From: Acidobacteriota bacterium
GTDB lineage: Bacteria; Acidobacteriota; UBA890; WLXD01
NCBI GenBank assembly: GCA_963666215.2
Contig: CAXWPL010000001.1
Coordinates: 672,001-736,000, forward strand
Direction: 5' to 3'
DNA: 64,000 nucleotides
The notes beneath the pieces were generated by a model, which saw only the letters and a program-made list of their open reading frames with translations, had not been told where the DNA came from and did not search any database. The translations under genes were made by a program, and so were the position numbers. Positions within the stretch are counted from its first letter, which is position 1. Each line of letters starts with the position of its first letter. Shown one piece after another: positions 21,177 to 30,429 of the stretch.

Positions 21177-22584
21177 GGGGATGTCACAGGCTCCGTTGAA
21201 AAAGGGTGACGGTGATCCGACCTCGATAGTGTGTCGGGGTCAATCCACTGGCATGGAGGATCACCGTCATGAGCAAGAGTCGCAGAACAGAGACAAGTAG
21301 GAAAGCGGCGCGCCAAGAGAACCCGCTCCTGGAGGCAGTGGTAGCGGCGCGATCGGATCTACGAGCGCTGGTCATGGACGCGGGCTTCGGGGTGTTGGGT
21401 TCGCTGCTGGAAGAAGACAGAGCTGAGCTATGCGGAGAACGCCACGCACGGTCACAGCAGCGGCGGGCGTACCGACACGGCTACGACGAGGGCTCGCTGG
21501 TGATGGGCGGCCGGCGGGTCAAGGTACGCAAGCCGCGGGCTCGGAGCGTCGATGGCCAAGAGCTGCCGCTGCCGCACTGGGAGAGGTTCAAGGCAACAGA
21601 TCCGCTCGAAGAGCGCGCCGTGGAGCAGATCCTGTGCGGCGTCACGACGCGCAAGTATGAGCGCTCGTTGGAGCAGCTGCCCGAAGGCCGAACTTCATCC
21701 GGGACGAGTCGCTCGAGTGTGTCGCGGCGGTTCGTAGCGCGTACCGCCCGGCAGGTGCAGCAGTATCTGGCCCAACCACTCAACGAGGTGGACTTGCCGG
21801 TGCTGGTGATCGACGGTACGCACATGGGCAAGCACCTGTTGGTGATCGCCATGGGCATCGACGCGGACGGCGTCAAGCATGTGCTGGGTGTCGTAGAGGG
21901 CACCACGGAGAGCTCCCACGTGTGCCGGTCGCTGCTGCGGCAGTTGATCGAGCGCGGCATGCCCGTCGAACGGGCGCGGTTGGTGGTAATCGATGGCTCC
22001 AAGGGCCTCCGTAAAGCAGTGCGCGACACGTTCGGCGAGTGGGCCCTGATCCAGCGCTGCCGTGTCCACAAGATCAAGAACGTATTGGAGCATCTGCCAG
22101 GGCATATCCGGCCCTGGTTCGCAGCCAAGATCCGCAAGGCGTGGAAGGCGGAGACGGCCACGGCAGCGACCAAGCAGCTCGACGCCGTGGTCAAGGAGCT
22201 GGAGACCGATCACCCCGGTGCAGCGGCCTCGCTCAGAGAAGGAATGCAAGAGACGCTCACCGTCACTCGGCTCCGAGTTCAGGGGCCGCTGCTTCGGACG
22301 TTACGTTCAACGAATACGATCGAGAACCTGAACGGGACGATCAAACACGTCAGCCGCAACGTAAAGCGGTGGCGCTCCGGGAGCATGATCGTTCGATGGG
22401 TGGTTACTGCACTCATCGAGGCCGAGAGCAAGTTCCGGAGGGTTCGTGGCTACCGCGACATCGCCAAGCTCGATGCCGCACTCAACACCGCCGTCGACGT
22501 TCCCCTTGAGCAGGAGCGCCGTACTGCGTAACAATTCCAACCACTTCACCGTCGCCTTAGTTCAACGGACGGTGGGACATCCCC
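21177..22584 (+). mobile_element. IS256-family insertion sequence
   Basis: Imperfect 39-bp terminal inverted repeats (ggggatgtcacaggctccgttgaaaaagggtgacggtga / tcaccgtcgccttagttcaacggacggtgggacatcccc) flank one transposase. Confidence 0.9.
21269..22531 (+). CDS. IS256-family (Mutator-type) DDE transposase
   Basis: VLVIDG, VVIDGSKGL, QRCRVHK, LRSTNTIENLN motifs. Confidence 0.93.
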   Translation: MSKSRRTETSRKAARQENPLLEAVVAARSDLRALVMDAGFGVLGSLLEEDRAELCGERHARSQQRRAYRHGYDEGSLVMGGRRVKVRKPRARSVDGQELPLPHWERFKATDPLEERAVEQILCGVTTRKYERSLEQLPEGRTSSGTSRSSVSRRFVARTARQVQQYLAQPLNEVDLPVLVIDGTHMGKHLLVIAMGIDADGVKHVLGVVEGTTESSHVCRSLLRQLIERGMPVERARLVVIDGSKGLRKAVRDTFGEWALIQRCRVHKIKNVLEHLPGHIRPWFAAKIRKAWKAETATAATKQLDAVVKELETDHPGAAASLREGMQETLTVTRLRVQGPLLRTLRSTNTIENLNGTIKHVSRNVKRWRSGSMIVRWVVTALIEAESKFRRVRGYRDIAKLDAALNTAVDVPLEQERRTA

Positions 22585-22618
22585 GCGATCTCGTGCCGCG
22601 CGGTGAGACTTGGTCCTG

Positions 22619-23110
22619 TTAGTCGCGCCTCATCCCGTACAGTCCCGACCCCATGAGCAGCCCGCCGAACAGCAGGTAAACCGGCACCGATCCACGATAG
22701 CCCTTGAACAAGAGGGCGTCGCCAGGGTCGTCGGGATCGTAGTAAACGACCACGTCGCTGCCGGGCGCGTACTTTTCGTGAACTCGCAGCACACCCTCGA
22801 GGTAGTAGCGGCCACCCTCGAGGGTGCCGCCCCAGCCCAGGAAATGGCGATCGTAGCCGCTGGACGCGTAAGACTCGCCGTTCACCGAATACGCGTAGCG
22901 AATCGTCGCCACGTGCCGTGGTCGGCGGATCGAATTCCCGGGTCGACTGCGAGTGTTCCAGAACTGGAACCAGTACTTCTTGTTCACCTCAACCGACTCG
23001 ACGACAGCCGTCGTAGAGGGCCAATCGGTGGTCGCAGCGCCGCGCCAGTAACCGAACAACACCACGAGAATCGCGAACGCGCCGAAAACGAAGGAGGCTC
23101 GGTGTTTCAT
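22619..23110 (-). CDS. DUF3592-domain membrane protein
   Basis: N-terminal TM; WPSTTAVV, YAYSVNGESY, VVVYYDPDDP; C-terminal TM. Confidence 0.8.
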   Translation of the reverse strand: MKHRASFVFGAFAILVVLFGYWRGAATTDWPSTTAVVESVEVNKKYWFQFWNTRSRPGNSIRRPRHVATIRYAYSVNGESYASSGYDRHFLGWGGTLEGGRYYLEGVLRVHEKYAPGSDVVVYYDPDDPGDALLFKGYRGSVPVYLLFGGLLMGSGLYGMRRD

Positions 23111-23205
23111 GGCCGTGCGGTCCGTTGGGGCTCCAGATGACTCCTACGGTCTGATCCCTACTTTTAGTCTGTCTTGGGCCAGTTCCATAACCCAAAAGAC
23201 GCCCG

Positions 23206-23370
23206 CTACTGGATCACGTGCGGTCCGAGGATCTCCGTGGTCCCAGGTGGCTGGTCCATGCGCTTGGCGATGTGTTCAACAGCGGCCACCAGCCGGGCGC
23301 CAAGCTGCGCCATGTAGATCACGAAGCCGATCCAGACCAAGACGAGAAAAAAGCCAGCGAGTGGCGCCAT
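23206..23370 (-). CDS. Small single-TM hypothetical protein (54 aa)
   Basis: SD ggagg before ATG 23370; hydrophobic segment followed by RLVAAVEHIA. Confidence 0.55.
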   Translation of the reverse strand: MAPLAGFFLVLVWIGFVIYMAQLGARLVAAVEHIAKRMDQPPGTTEILGPHVIQ

Positions 23371-23631
23371 CGAAGAGCCTCCTGGGATCGATTGGGAAGG
23401 GGTCCTGCCATTGCGGTTCAAGGCGTCGAAGACGATGCCGCCAGCAAGGCCGAGCTCGGCCGCTCGGCTGAGCGCCGACCTTAACCCACAGTTGCTTGCG
23501 TGATGGCGCGCCACGTGTTTTGCCCTCTACTCGTCGTAGATGGCCGTGCGGGGGCGCATTCGACGTGCGACGCTCGCCGTATTCTCCCCATCGACCAACG
23601 TCCGACGAGCCGATCGCATATATAAGGACGC

Positions 23632-24579
23632 ATGCTGTCGCTCGTTCAGCTCGTGGCCGGAGTGGTTGGCCTCTATTTCGGCGCCGAATGGCTGGTCCGC
23701 GGAGCTTCGCGCATCGCCGTACACGTGCGTGTGTCGCCGCTGATGATCGGGCTCACGGTCGTGGCCTTCGGCACCTCGATGCCCGAGATGGCGGCGGGTG
23801 TGCTGGCCGCATGGCGCGGCAACACCGACATCGTTCTGGGCAACGTGTTCGGCAGCAACGTTGCCAACGTGGGGCTGATTCTCGGCCTGACGGCGCTGTT
23901 CCGCGTCATCCCCGTCTCGATCGGGCTGTTGAAGCGCGAGATGCCCATCATGCTCGCGGTTACGGCCCTGGCCTACGGCCTTGCCTGGTGGGGCAGCATC
24001 GGGCAGCTCGTCGGCGCCGCGATGTTCGCCGCCTTGATCCTGTTCACATGGCTGACCTTGCGTTGGAGCCGTGATGAGCGGAAACAAGTCCAGGCCCAGT
24101 TCGAGCCCGAGCTCGGGCTCGAAGGCAAGATCCGCACTCGTGTCGAGGGTGCCTACGTGCTCGCTGGCCTCGTGGCGATGACGGCGGGGGCGCACTTCAT
24201 GGTCGAGGCTGCCGTCGATCTGGCAACCGCGTGGGGCGTCAGCCAGTTCCTCATCTCCGCCTCGCTCGTTGCCGTGGGCACATCACTGCCCGAGCTTGCC
24301 ACCTCGATTGTTTCGGTACTGCGAGGCGAGACCGACCTGCTCGTGGGCAACATCGTCGGCAGCAACATCTTCAACATTCTGGGTGCCCTGGGCATCAGCG
24401 CCGTCGTCCGCCCATTGCCGGTGCCTGCCGAGTTCCTGGGCATCGACCTGCTGGCCGCACCCCTGTTTGCCATCGCCATGGCGCTGGTGCTGCTCGACCG
24501 CCGCGTCGGCCGTTTTCAGGGGGCGGCGCTGCTGGTTGGCTACGGCGCCTACGTCTATCTGTTGCTGCAGCGGGGCTAG
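23632..24579 (+). CDS. yrbG: Calcium/sodium antiporter (YrbG/CaCA family)
   Basis: Two alpha repeats: GTSMPE...GNVFGSNVAN and GTSLPE...GNIVGSNIFN. Confidence 0.92.
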   Translation: MLSLVQLVAGVVGLYFGAEWLVRGASRIAVHVRVSPLMIGLTVVAFGTSMPEMAAGVLAAWRGNTDIVLGNVFGSNVANVGLILGLTALFRVIPVSIGLLKREMPIMLAVTALAYGLAWWGSIGQLVGAAMFAALILFTWLTLRWSRDERKQVQAQFEPELGLEGKIRTRVEGAYVLAGLVAMTAGAHFMVEAAVDLATAWGVSQFLISASLVAVGTSLPELATSIVSVLRGETDLLVGNIVGSNIFNILGALGISAVVRPLPVPAEFLGIDLLAAPLFAIAMALVLLDRRVGRFQGAALLVGYGAYVYLLLQRG

Positions 24580-24785
24580 CGACCGACGGCCAGTGCCATA
24601 TCCGTTGCTCAGCTGTACCGAGCACGGGTTGTTGATAGATTGCGCTGTCCTCCAACGCACTCTGTCCCGGTGACCCCTTGATCGGCAAGAGCCTCCCGGA
24701 ACGTTGGCACAATCGGGCGGTTGGTCTAGCCTGTGTCCCGGCCATCCGGCCGTCACGATCATCGGAGAAATCGGAGACAACATCC

Positions 24786-26390
24786 ATGCGTTTCGCCACG
24801 CTGCTGGCTACCGTTCTCGTTGCCGCGCCGTCGCTTTCCGCTCCCGTCCTGGCCCAGGAGGGCGGACTCGGGAAGGTGGAGTTCCCGAACTCCGGCGCGC
24901 CGGAGTCGCAGGCCGACTTCATTCGCGGGCTGCTGCTGCTGCACAGCTTCGAGTATGACGACGCGCGCGCGGCGTTCAAGGCGGCGAGCGATCGTGATCC
25001 CGACTTCGCCATGGCGTACTGGGGCGAGGCGATGACGCTCAACCATCCGGTGTGGCAGCAGCAAGACACCGAGGAGGCTCTCGAAGTGCTCGCCGGCCTC
25101 GGCGCGACGCCGGCCGAGCGCTACGCCAAGGCCGGCAGCGAGCGTGAAGCGGCCTATCTGCGCGCACTCGATGCTCTTTACATAGGACCCGACGAGAAGA
25201 ACGACCGCGACTTCATCTATATGGAAGCCATGCGTCAGCTCAAAGCTTCCTATCCGGACGACCTCGAGGCGGCCTCCTTCTACGCGCTGTCGATTCTGGG
25301 CAGCTGCCACGAGGGCCGGGACATTCCGCGCTACATGCGCTCGGCGGCGGTCGTTGAGGAGGTCTACGAGCGCAATCCGGACCATCCGGGCGCTCTCCAC
25401 TACCTGATTCACTCCTACGACGATCCGATTCACGCCCCTCTCGGGTTGCGTGCGGCGCGGCTGTACTCGAAGGTTGCGGCGCGCACCGGGCACGCGCTGC
25501 ACATGCCCTCGCACATCTTCGTGGCGATGGGCATGTGGGACGATGTCGAGGCGCTCAACGAAGAGTCGTGGCTCGCCGAGAACGCGCGTCAGGAACGTCG
25601 GGGTCTGGGCGCTGAAGCGAAGGGCTGGCACGCGAGGCTGTGGCAGCACTACGCCTTTCTGCAGCAGGGGCGTTACGACGAGGCGCTGCAGGTGATTCGA
25701 GAGACCGAGCCGGACGCCGAGATGCCTCTGTCGGGTCGTGCACGTGGCTCTTTGGCCCAAATGCGCTCGGCCTACGTCGTCGCGACGCACGATTGGGACG
25801 AGGCGGCCTCGCTCGAAGATGCCTCGGAGCTCGGTGGTGGCAACCTGGCCAACGCGCTGCTGGGGACGTCGATTGCGGCGCTGCACGGCGGTGATCCCGA
25901 GACGGCCGAGAAGGCGCTAGCCAAGCTCCAGGAGGACATCGGCGACAGTGAGGCAGACGAGCGCAACGCCTCTTCGCGCATCGTCGCGCTCGAGATCGAG
26001 TCGTTGCTCGCGGCCAGCCAGGGTGAGATCGAGCGGGCGTACGAGCTGGTCGGCAAAGCCATGCAGATCGAGGACAGCCGCCCGTTCGCCTTCGGCCCGC
26101 CGGTTCCCACGCTGCCGGCCCATGAGCTAATGGGCGACCTGCTCCGAGGCCATGGGAAGCCGGCCGAGGCGATCGCGCATTACCAGAAAGCGCTCGAACG
26201 GACTCCGGGTAGAGCGATCACGCTGCTGGGGCTGGCGCGCGCCGCCGACGCGGCGGGCGAGAGTGGGGCCGCACGGTTGGCATACGCCCAACTACAGGAG
26301 GCCTGGCACAACGCCGACGCCGACCTGGCGGATCTCGCTGAGGTTCGCCGCGGTAACGCGACGGGCGACCCCGATGGAGCCAGCCACTAG
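24786..26390 (+). CDS. Exported TPR-repeat protein with His-rich motifs
   Basis: Signal peptide ending VLA/QE; GLLLLHSFEY, DPDFAMAYWG, HPGALHYLIH, HALHMPSHIF. Confidence 0.8.
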   Translation: MRFATLLATVLVAAPSLSAPVLAQEGGLGKVEFPNSGAPESQADFIRGLLLLHSFEYDDARAAFKAASDRDPDFAMAYWGEAMTLNHPVWQQQDTEEALEVLAGLGATPAERYAKAGSEREAAYLRALDALYIGPDEKNDRDFIYMEAMRQLKASYPDDLEAASFYALSILGSCHEGRDIPRYMRSAAVVEEVYERNPDHPGALHYLIHSYDDPIHAPLGLRAARLYSKVAARTGHALHMPSHIFVAMGMWDDVEALNEESWLAENARQERRGLGAEAKGWHARLWQHYAFLQQGRYDEALQVIRETEPDAEMPLSGRARGSLAQMRSAYVVATHDWDEAASLEDASELGGGNLANALLGTSIAALHGGDPETAEKALAKLQEDIGDSEADERNASSRIVALEIESLLAASQGEIERAYELVGKAMQIEDSRPFAFGPPVPTLPAHELMGDLLRGHGKPAEAIAHYQKALERTPGRAITLLGLARAADAAGESGAARLAYAQLQEAWHNADADLADLAEVRRGNATGDPDGASH

Positions 26391-26432
26391 CCGCGGGAAT
26401 ACGCCACAACCAGAAAATGAGGGCTACGAGAG

Positions 26433-27395
26433 CTAGCCGCCCAGCTGATCGCGGCGGTGGGGCTCGTCGAAGTGGAGCTCGGAGCCGTGCGGCACGATCT
26501 GGCTCGGATTGATGCTGGTGTGCGTCACGTAGTAGTGGCGCTTGATCTGATCCATATGCACGGTGTTGGCAACGCCGGGCACCTGGTACAGCTCGCGTAG
26601 GTAGCCCCAGAGATTCGGGTAGTCGACGATGCGGCGGCGGTTGCACTTGAAGTGGCCAACGTACACGGAGTCGAAACGTACGAGCGTCGTGAAGAGGCGC
26701 CAGTCGGCTTCGGTGATCCGGTCGCCCACCAGATAACGCTGGCTCGATAGGCGGAGCTCGACCTCGTCGAGGCCGGCGAACAGCGCCTCGAAGGCCTCGT
26801 CGTAGGCCCGCTGCGTGGCCGCGAAGCCGCAGCGATACACACCGTCGTTGATGTGCGGGTAAACGAAGTCGTTGACCTGATCGATCTCGTCACGCAGCTC
26901 GGCCGGGTAGAGGTCGAGCGCTGGGCCAGGCTCCGCGGCCCACTCGTCGAACTCGCCGTTGAGCATGCGGATGATCTCCGACGACTCGTTGTTGACGATT
27001 TCTCCGGCCTGCTTGTCCCAGAGAACCGGCACGGTAACGCGCCCGGCGAACGCCGGGTCGGATGCCTGGTAGGCCTGCGCCAAAAAACGGAAGCCGTTGA
27101 GGCTGTCGAGATCGGTACCTTCGTCGCCGGTGAACGCCCAGCCGCGGTGGTCGCGGATGGGGTCGACCGCACTCATCGAGATCACGCCGTCGAGGCCCTT
27201 GAGATGGCGAACGATAATCGTGCGGTGCGCCCACGGACAGGCGTAGCTGACATAGAGGTGGTACCGACCTGTCGCGGCGAGAAACTCGGCGTCCGGAGCG
27301 GCTCGCACGTGGCGGTGAAATCGGCTCGGTTGCCGTTTCCAGGCGCCGTCGGTGGCGGCCTCTTCAGGGAACTGTGCGAGTGCGAGCGGTTTCAT
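26433..27395 (-). CDS. yqjG: Glutathionyl-hydroquinone reductase (Xi-class GST)
   Basis: YVSYACPWAHR, TVPVLWDK, NNESSEIIRM, RFDSVYVGHFKCN. Confidence 0.93.
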   Translation of the reverse strand: MKPLALAQFPEEAATDGAWKRQPSRFHRHVRAAPDAEFLAATGRYHLYVSYACPWAHRTIIVRHLKGLDGVISMSAVDPIRDHRGWAFTGDEGTDLDSLNGFRFLAQAYQASDPAFAGRVTVPVLWDKQAGEIVNNESSEIIRMLNGEFDEWAAEPGPALDLYPAELRDEIDQVNDFVYPHINDGVYRCGFAATQRAYDEAFEALFAGLDEVELRLSSQRYLVGDRITEADWRLFTTLVRFDSVYVGHFKCNRRRIVDYPNLWGYLRELYQVPGVANTVHMDQIKRHYYVTHTSINPSQIVPHGSELHFDEPHRRDQLGG

Positions 27396-27580
27396 GGTGG
27401 GCTTAGGATAGCTGCAGCTTGCGCAGCAGCTCGCTGAGCACGGTGGATGATCCGAAACGACGACGGGCTGATAACCTGCGAAAGTTCCCTCGACCGAGCC
27501 GACCGCTCAGGCGTCTAAATCAGCAATGTTCTGTGTGCCCGGCGTCCCGTGCGCCCGTGCCCCTCATCGTTGGAGTCAAC

Positions 27581-28930
27581 ATGTCCCGTTCGTATCTCTG
27601 CGCGCCGATTGCGCTCGTCTCGATGTTCTTGCTCGTCGCCCCGATGGCTTGTTCTTCCGGGGCGCCGGCTGACGGTGGCGGCGCCGGCGACTCGCAGTTC
27701 ACCTCCGAGACGGTTGATGGCGTTCCAACGGTGACGACCACGGCGGGGTCGAAGTGGGGCGGCCCGGCGATCCTCGAAGAGGAGCTTTCCATCGGCGTCC
27801 TCGAGGGCGACGAAACCGCGATGTTCGGTCAGGTTGACGGCGTGTGGATGACAGACGACGCCATTCTCGTGGTGGATGGGCACGCGCCTGCGCTACGTGT
27901 GTACGATCGCAGCGGCAACTACCTACGCGACATCGGCCAGCCAGGCCCAGGCCCAGGCGAATACGAGCACCCCTCCGGGATCGCGGTTACCGGCGACGGG
28001 CGGATTTACCTGCAATCGGGTCAGGGCGTCAACGTCTATGGCCCCGATGGCGAGTACGAGAGCTCCTGGAAGCCCGAGGGGAACATTCGCTTCGGCGGCA
28101 ACCTGGTTGCCGAGTCTGACGGTGAGGTCTACACGAGCTATGTCGACACCAGCGGCATGGAGCGTGGGGGGATGCGCAACTTCCAGAACCTGAAGCGCGG
28201 CATGGCGGCCATCAATCTCGAGGGTGGCTACGGCGAGCCCATCTATCCGCCCGACTCCGATTACGAATCGCCCACAGTCGAGGTCAATCTGGGCAACTTC
28301 TCCCTCGACCTCCCGGCCGTTGGTGCGCCGCGTCGCGCCTGGGGCATGGGGCCAGACGGTACGATGGCGGTTGGCGTGGGAACCGACTACAAATTCGAGA
28401 TCGTGCGCCCCGGCGGTTCGGTGACCGCGGTTGAGCGTTATTGGGACCCGGTACCTCTGCAGGCGGCGGAGGCCGAAGAGCAGGCCGAGCTGTTGTACTC
28501 GATGGTGCGGCAGCGCGACCCGGAGTGGGAGTACGACGGTCCGGCGTTTCCGACGCACAAGCCCGCTTTTGGCAACCTCACCATCGACCTCAACGGCCGC
28601 GTTTGGGTTGATCGCGCCGGCGTGGGAACGCTCGATCTCGACTGCGAAGAGGACGACAAAGAAGGCGGATCGAACATGGTGTCCGACGGTGGCCGCGTGA
28701 TGATTTCGATCGGCGGCGGTGGTGGCTGCTGGAGCTCACCTTCGATCCGCGACGTGTTCGACAGCGACGGCAGCTACCTCGGCGAGGTTATTCAGCCCAG
28801 GGGCGTGGAATTCTCGGGTGGCCTCTACATCAAGGACGATGTGGTGCTGGCAGCCGTCGAAGACGAGGATGGCACCGTGATGGTCAAGTTGTACCGGCTG
28901 CGCACGGGCGCCGACGCTATCGCCACGTAG
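27581..28930 (+). CDS. Six-bladed (NHL-like) beta-propeller lipoprotein
   Basis: Lipobox APMAC; EELSIG, IGQPGPGPGEY, GRVWV, DVFDSDGSYLG. Confidence 0.8.
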   Translation: MSRSYLCAPIALVSMFLLVAPMACSSGAPADGGGAGDSQFTSETVDGVPTVTTTAGSKWGGPAILEEELSIGVLEGDETAMFGQVDGVWMTDDAILVVDGHAPALRVYDRSGNYLRDIGQPGPGPGEYEHPSGIAVTGDGRIYLQSGQGVNVYGPDGEYESSWKPEGNIRFGGNLVAESDGEVYTSYVDTSGMERGGMRNFQNLKRGMAAINLEGGYGEPIYPPDSDYESPTVEVNLGNFSLDLPAVGAPRRAWGMGPDGTMAVGVGTDYKFEIVRPGGSVTAVERYWDPVPLQAAEAEEQAELLYSMVRQRDPEWEYDGPAFPTHKPAFGNLTIDLNGRVWVDRAGVGTLDLDCEEDDKEGGSNMVSDGGRVMISIGGGGGCWSSPSIRDVFDSDGSYLGEVIQPRGVEFSGGLYIKDDVVLAAVEDEDGTVMVKLYRLRTGADAIAT

Positions 28931-29044
28931 CGGCACGGGGTCGACCGGCAGCAGGAAGGCAGGATGGCGCCGGCCATGGTCGAGGTGGCCGATGCCGACC
29001 GCCGCCTGCAAGCAGATCGGGTGGGCTTTGAGAACGGGAAAAGG

Positions 29045-30421
29045 CTACGGATGAAGGCTCTCGATGAGCCGGTCGATCTCTCCCGCGATCTCACGGTGGT
29101 CCCAGGCTGAGTTGCGTCGCAGCACGTTGGACGTCATCGCCACGAGGTAAACGCGCTGGGTCTGTCCGGGCGCCGGGAGGGCTGGCGTTTCGACGATGGC
29201 GACGGAGTTCATGATGTTGGCGACGGTGCCCTCGTACTTGCCGCACTTGTAGCCGGGCTCGCTGCGACAGCTGTAGATCGATCCCGACTTGAAGTACACG
29301 GCGGCGTTCTCGAGCCGCGGGGCCGAGGCATAGCGGTAGCGATCACGGGTGAAGTACAGAAGTCTCTTCATCTCCAGGCTCGACCAGGCGTCGACCAGTC
29401 GCCCCTGCTCGAGCGCGATCATCCATGCGAGGAGCCCGCGTGCCGAGCCGTATGAGTGCCCGTCGGGGGTAACCAGCTCGCGCGCTCGACTGGTGAACAT
29501 GCGCGCCACGCGGATGTCCCCGTCGCGCAGTCCGGCTCGCTGTAGCGGCTCGGCGAGCATGCGCAGCGCCAACTCACGGCGATCGGGGAGGGGAACTCTG
29601 GCGAAGAACTGATTCTCCTGTTCGCGGCTCGGTGGATACTGGCGCACGAAGTGCCGCAGCAGCATCGCCTCCTTCCATACGGTCGACGCGGCTGCGTTGG
29701 ATGACGGGCTGACCATGTGGTCGATCCATTCGTACAGCGAGAAGCGGTCGCCTTCGCGGATGCGCCGGTGTTCCAGTCTTCCCGTTGTCGGGTCGGCGAT
29801 GGGCACGTCATGAGAATCGCTGCGCACGAACTGGTCGGCCACGATCTCCACTTCGCGAAGAACGCGGACACGCGTAGCCGGGTCGGGGTAGGCGCGGGCC
29901 AGGGCGTCGAACAGCCCGGTCATGACGATCAGCTTGCCGATGCTGCCAGGGGCCGCGCGACTGTCGGCGCGAACTCCGGCGTAGCGCGGGTGCTGGCGAT
30001 TGGTGATGTCGAGCAGCGCAACCGAGTAGGTTGACGACCGGCGCCGGAAAATCTCCTCTAGCCCCGCCTGTAGCTGCGGGTCGGCCGGGAGATCGTGGGC
30101 CGTGAAACCGTCGAGCGTGAGATGGCCGGCAAGGCGCTCGCTCATGGCGGTCGACGCGGGCCGACTCTGTGGGGTCGGCAAGGTTGCACCGTCGAGCTGC
30201 AATCGAATCGCGGCCGTCGATAGCCGCGCTCCGGGCGATAAATCGGGCCCGGGCAGTTGTCCACGCTGGACCTCTGAGTACGCCCAAAGGCGACGAATCC
30301 CGGTGCGCTCGTAGCCGTCGAGGGGATACGCCGAGGCCGAGTGTGTGCTCAACGCGAGGAGAGCGGCCAGGAGCGGGAGCAGCGGCACCCAGCGTGCCAG
30401 CGGTGGCTTCGATGATCTCAT
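29045..30421 (-). CDS. Exported serine hydrolase of the class A beta-lactamase/PBP fold
   Basis: Signal peptide ending ASA/YPL; SxxK (GSIGK), SxN (SSN) and KSG motifs. Confidence 0.75.
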   Translation of the reverse strand: MRSSKPPLARWVPLLPLLAALLALSTHSASAYPLDGYERTGIRRLWAYSEVQRGQLPGPDLSPGARLSTAAIRLQLDGATLPTPQSRPASTAMSERLAGHLTLDGFTAHDLPADPQLQAGLEEIFRRRSSTYSVALLDITNRQHPRYAGVRADSRAAPGSIGKLIVMTGLFDALARAYPDPATRVRVLREVEIVADQFVRSDSHDVPIADPTTGRLEHRRIREGDRFSLYEWIDHMVSPSSNAAASTVWKEAMLLRHFVRQYPPSREQENQFFARVPLPDRRELALRMLAEPLQRAGLRDGDIRVARMFTSRARELVTPDGHSYGSARGLLAWMIALEQGRLVDAWSSLEMKRLLYFTRDRYRYASAPRLENAAVYFKSGSIYSCRSEPGYKCGKYEGTVANIMNSVAIVETPALPAPGQTQRVYLVAMTSNVLRRNSAWDHREIAGEIDRLIESLHP

Positions 30422-30429
30422 CGTCGCGT

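Noticed and set aside
29045-30421. Bona fide beta-lactam resistance gene
   Set aside because: Only fold-level motifs are present; it has large inserts and no recognisable omega-loop ExxLN
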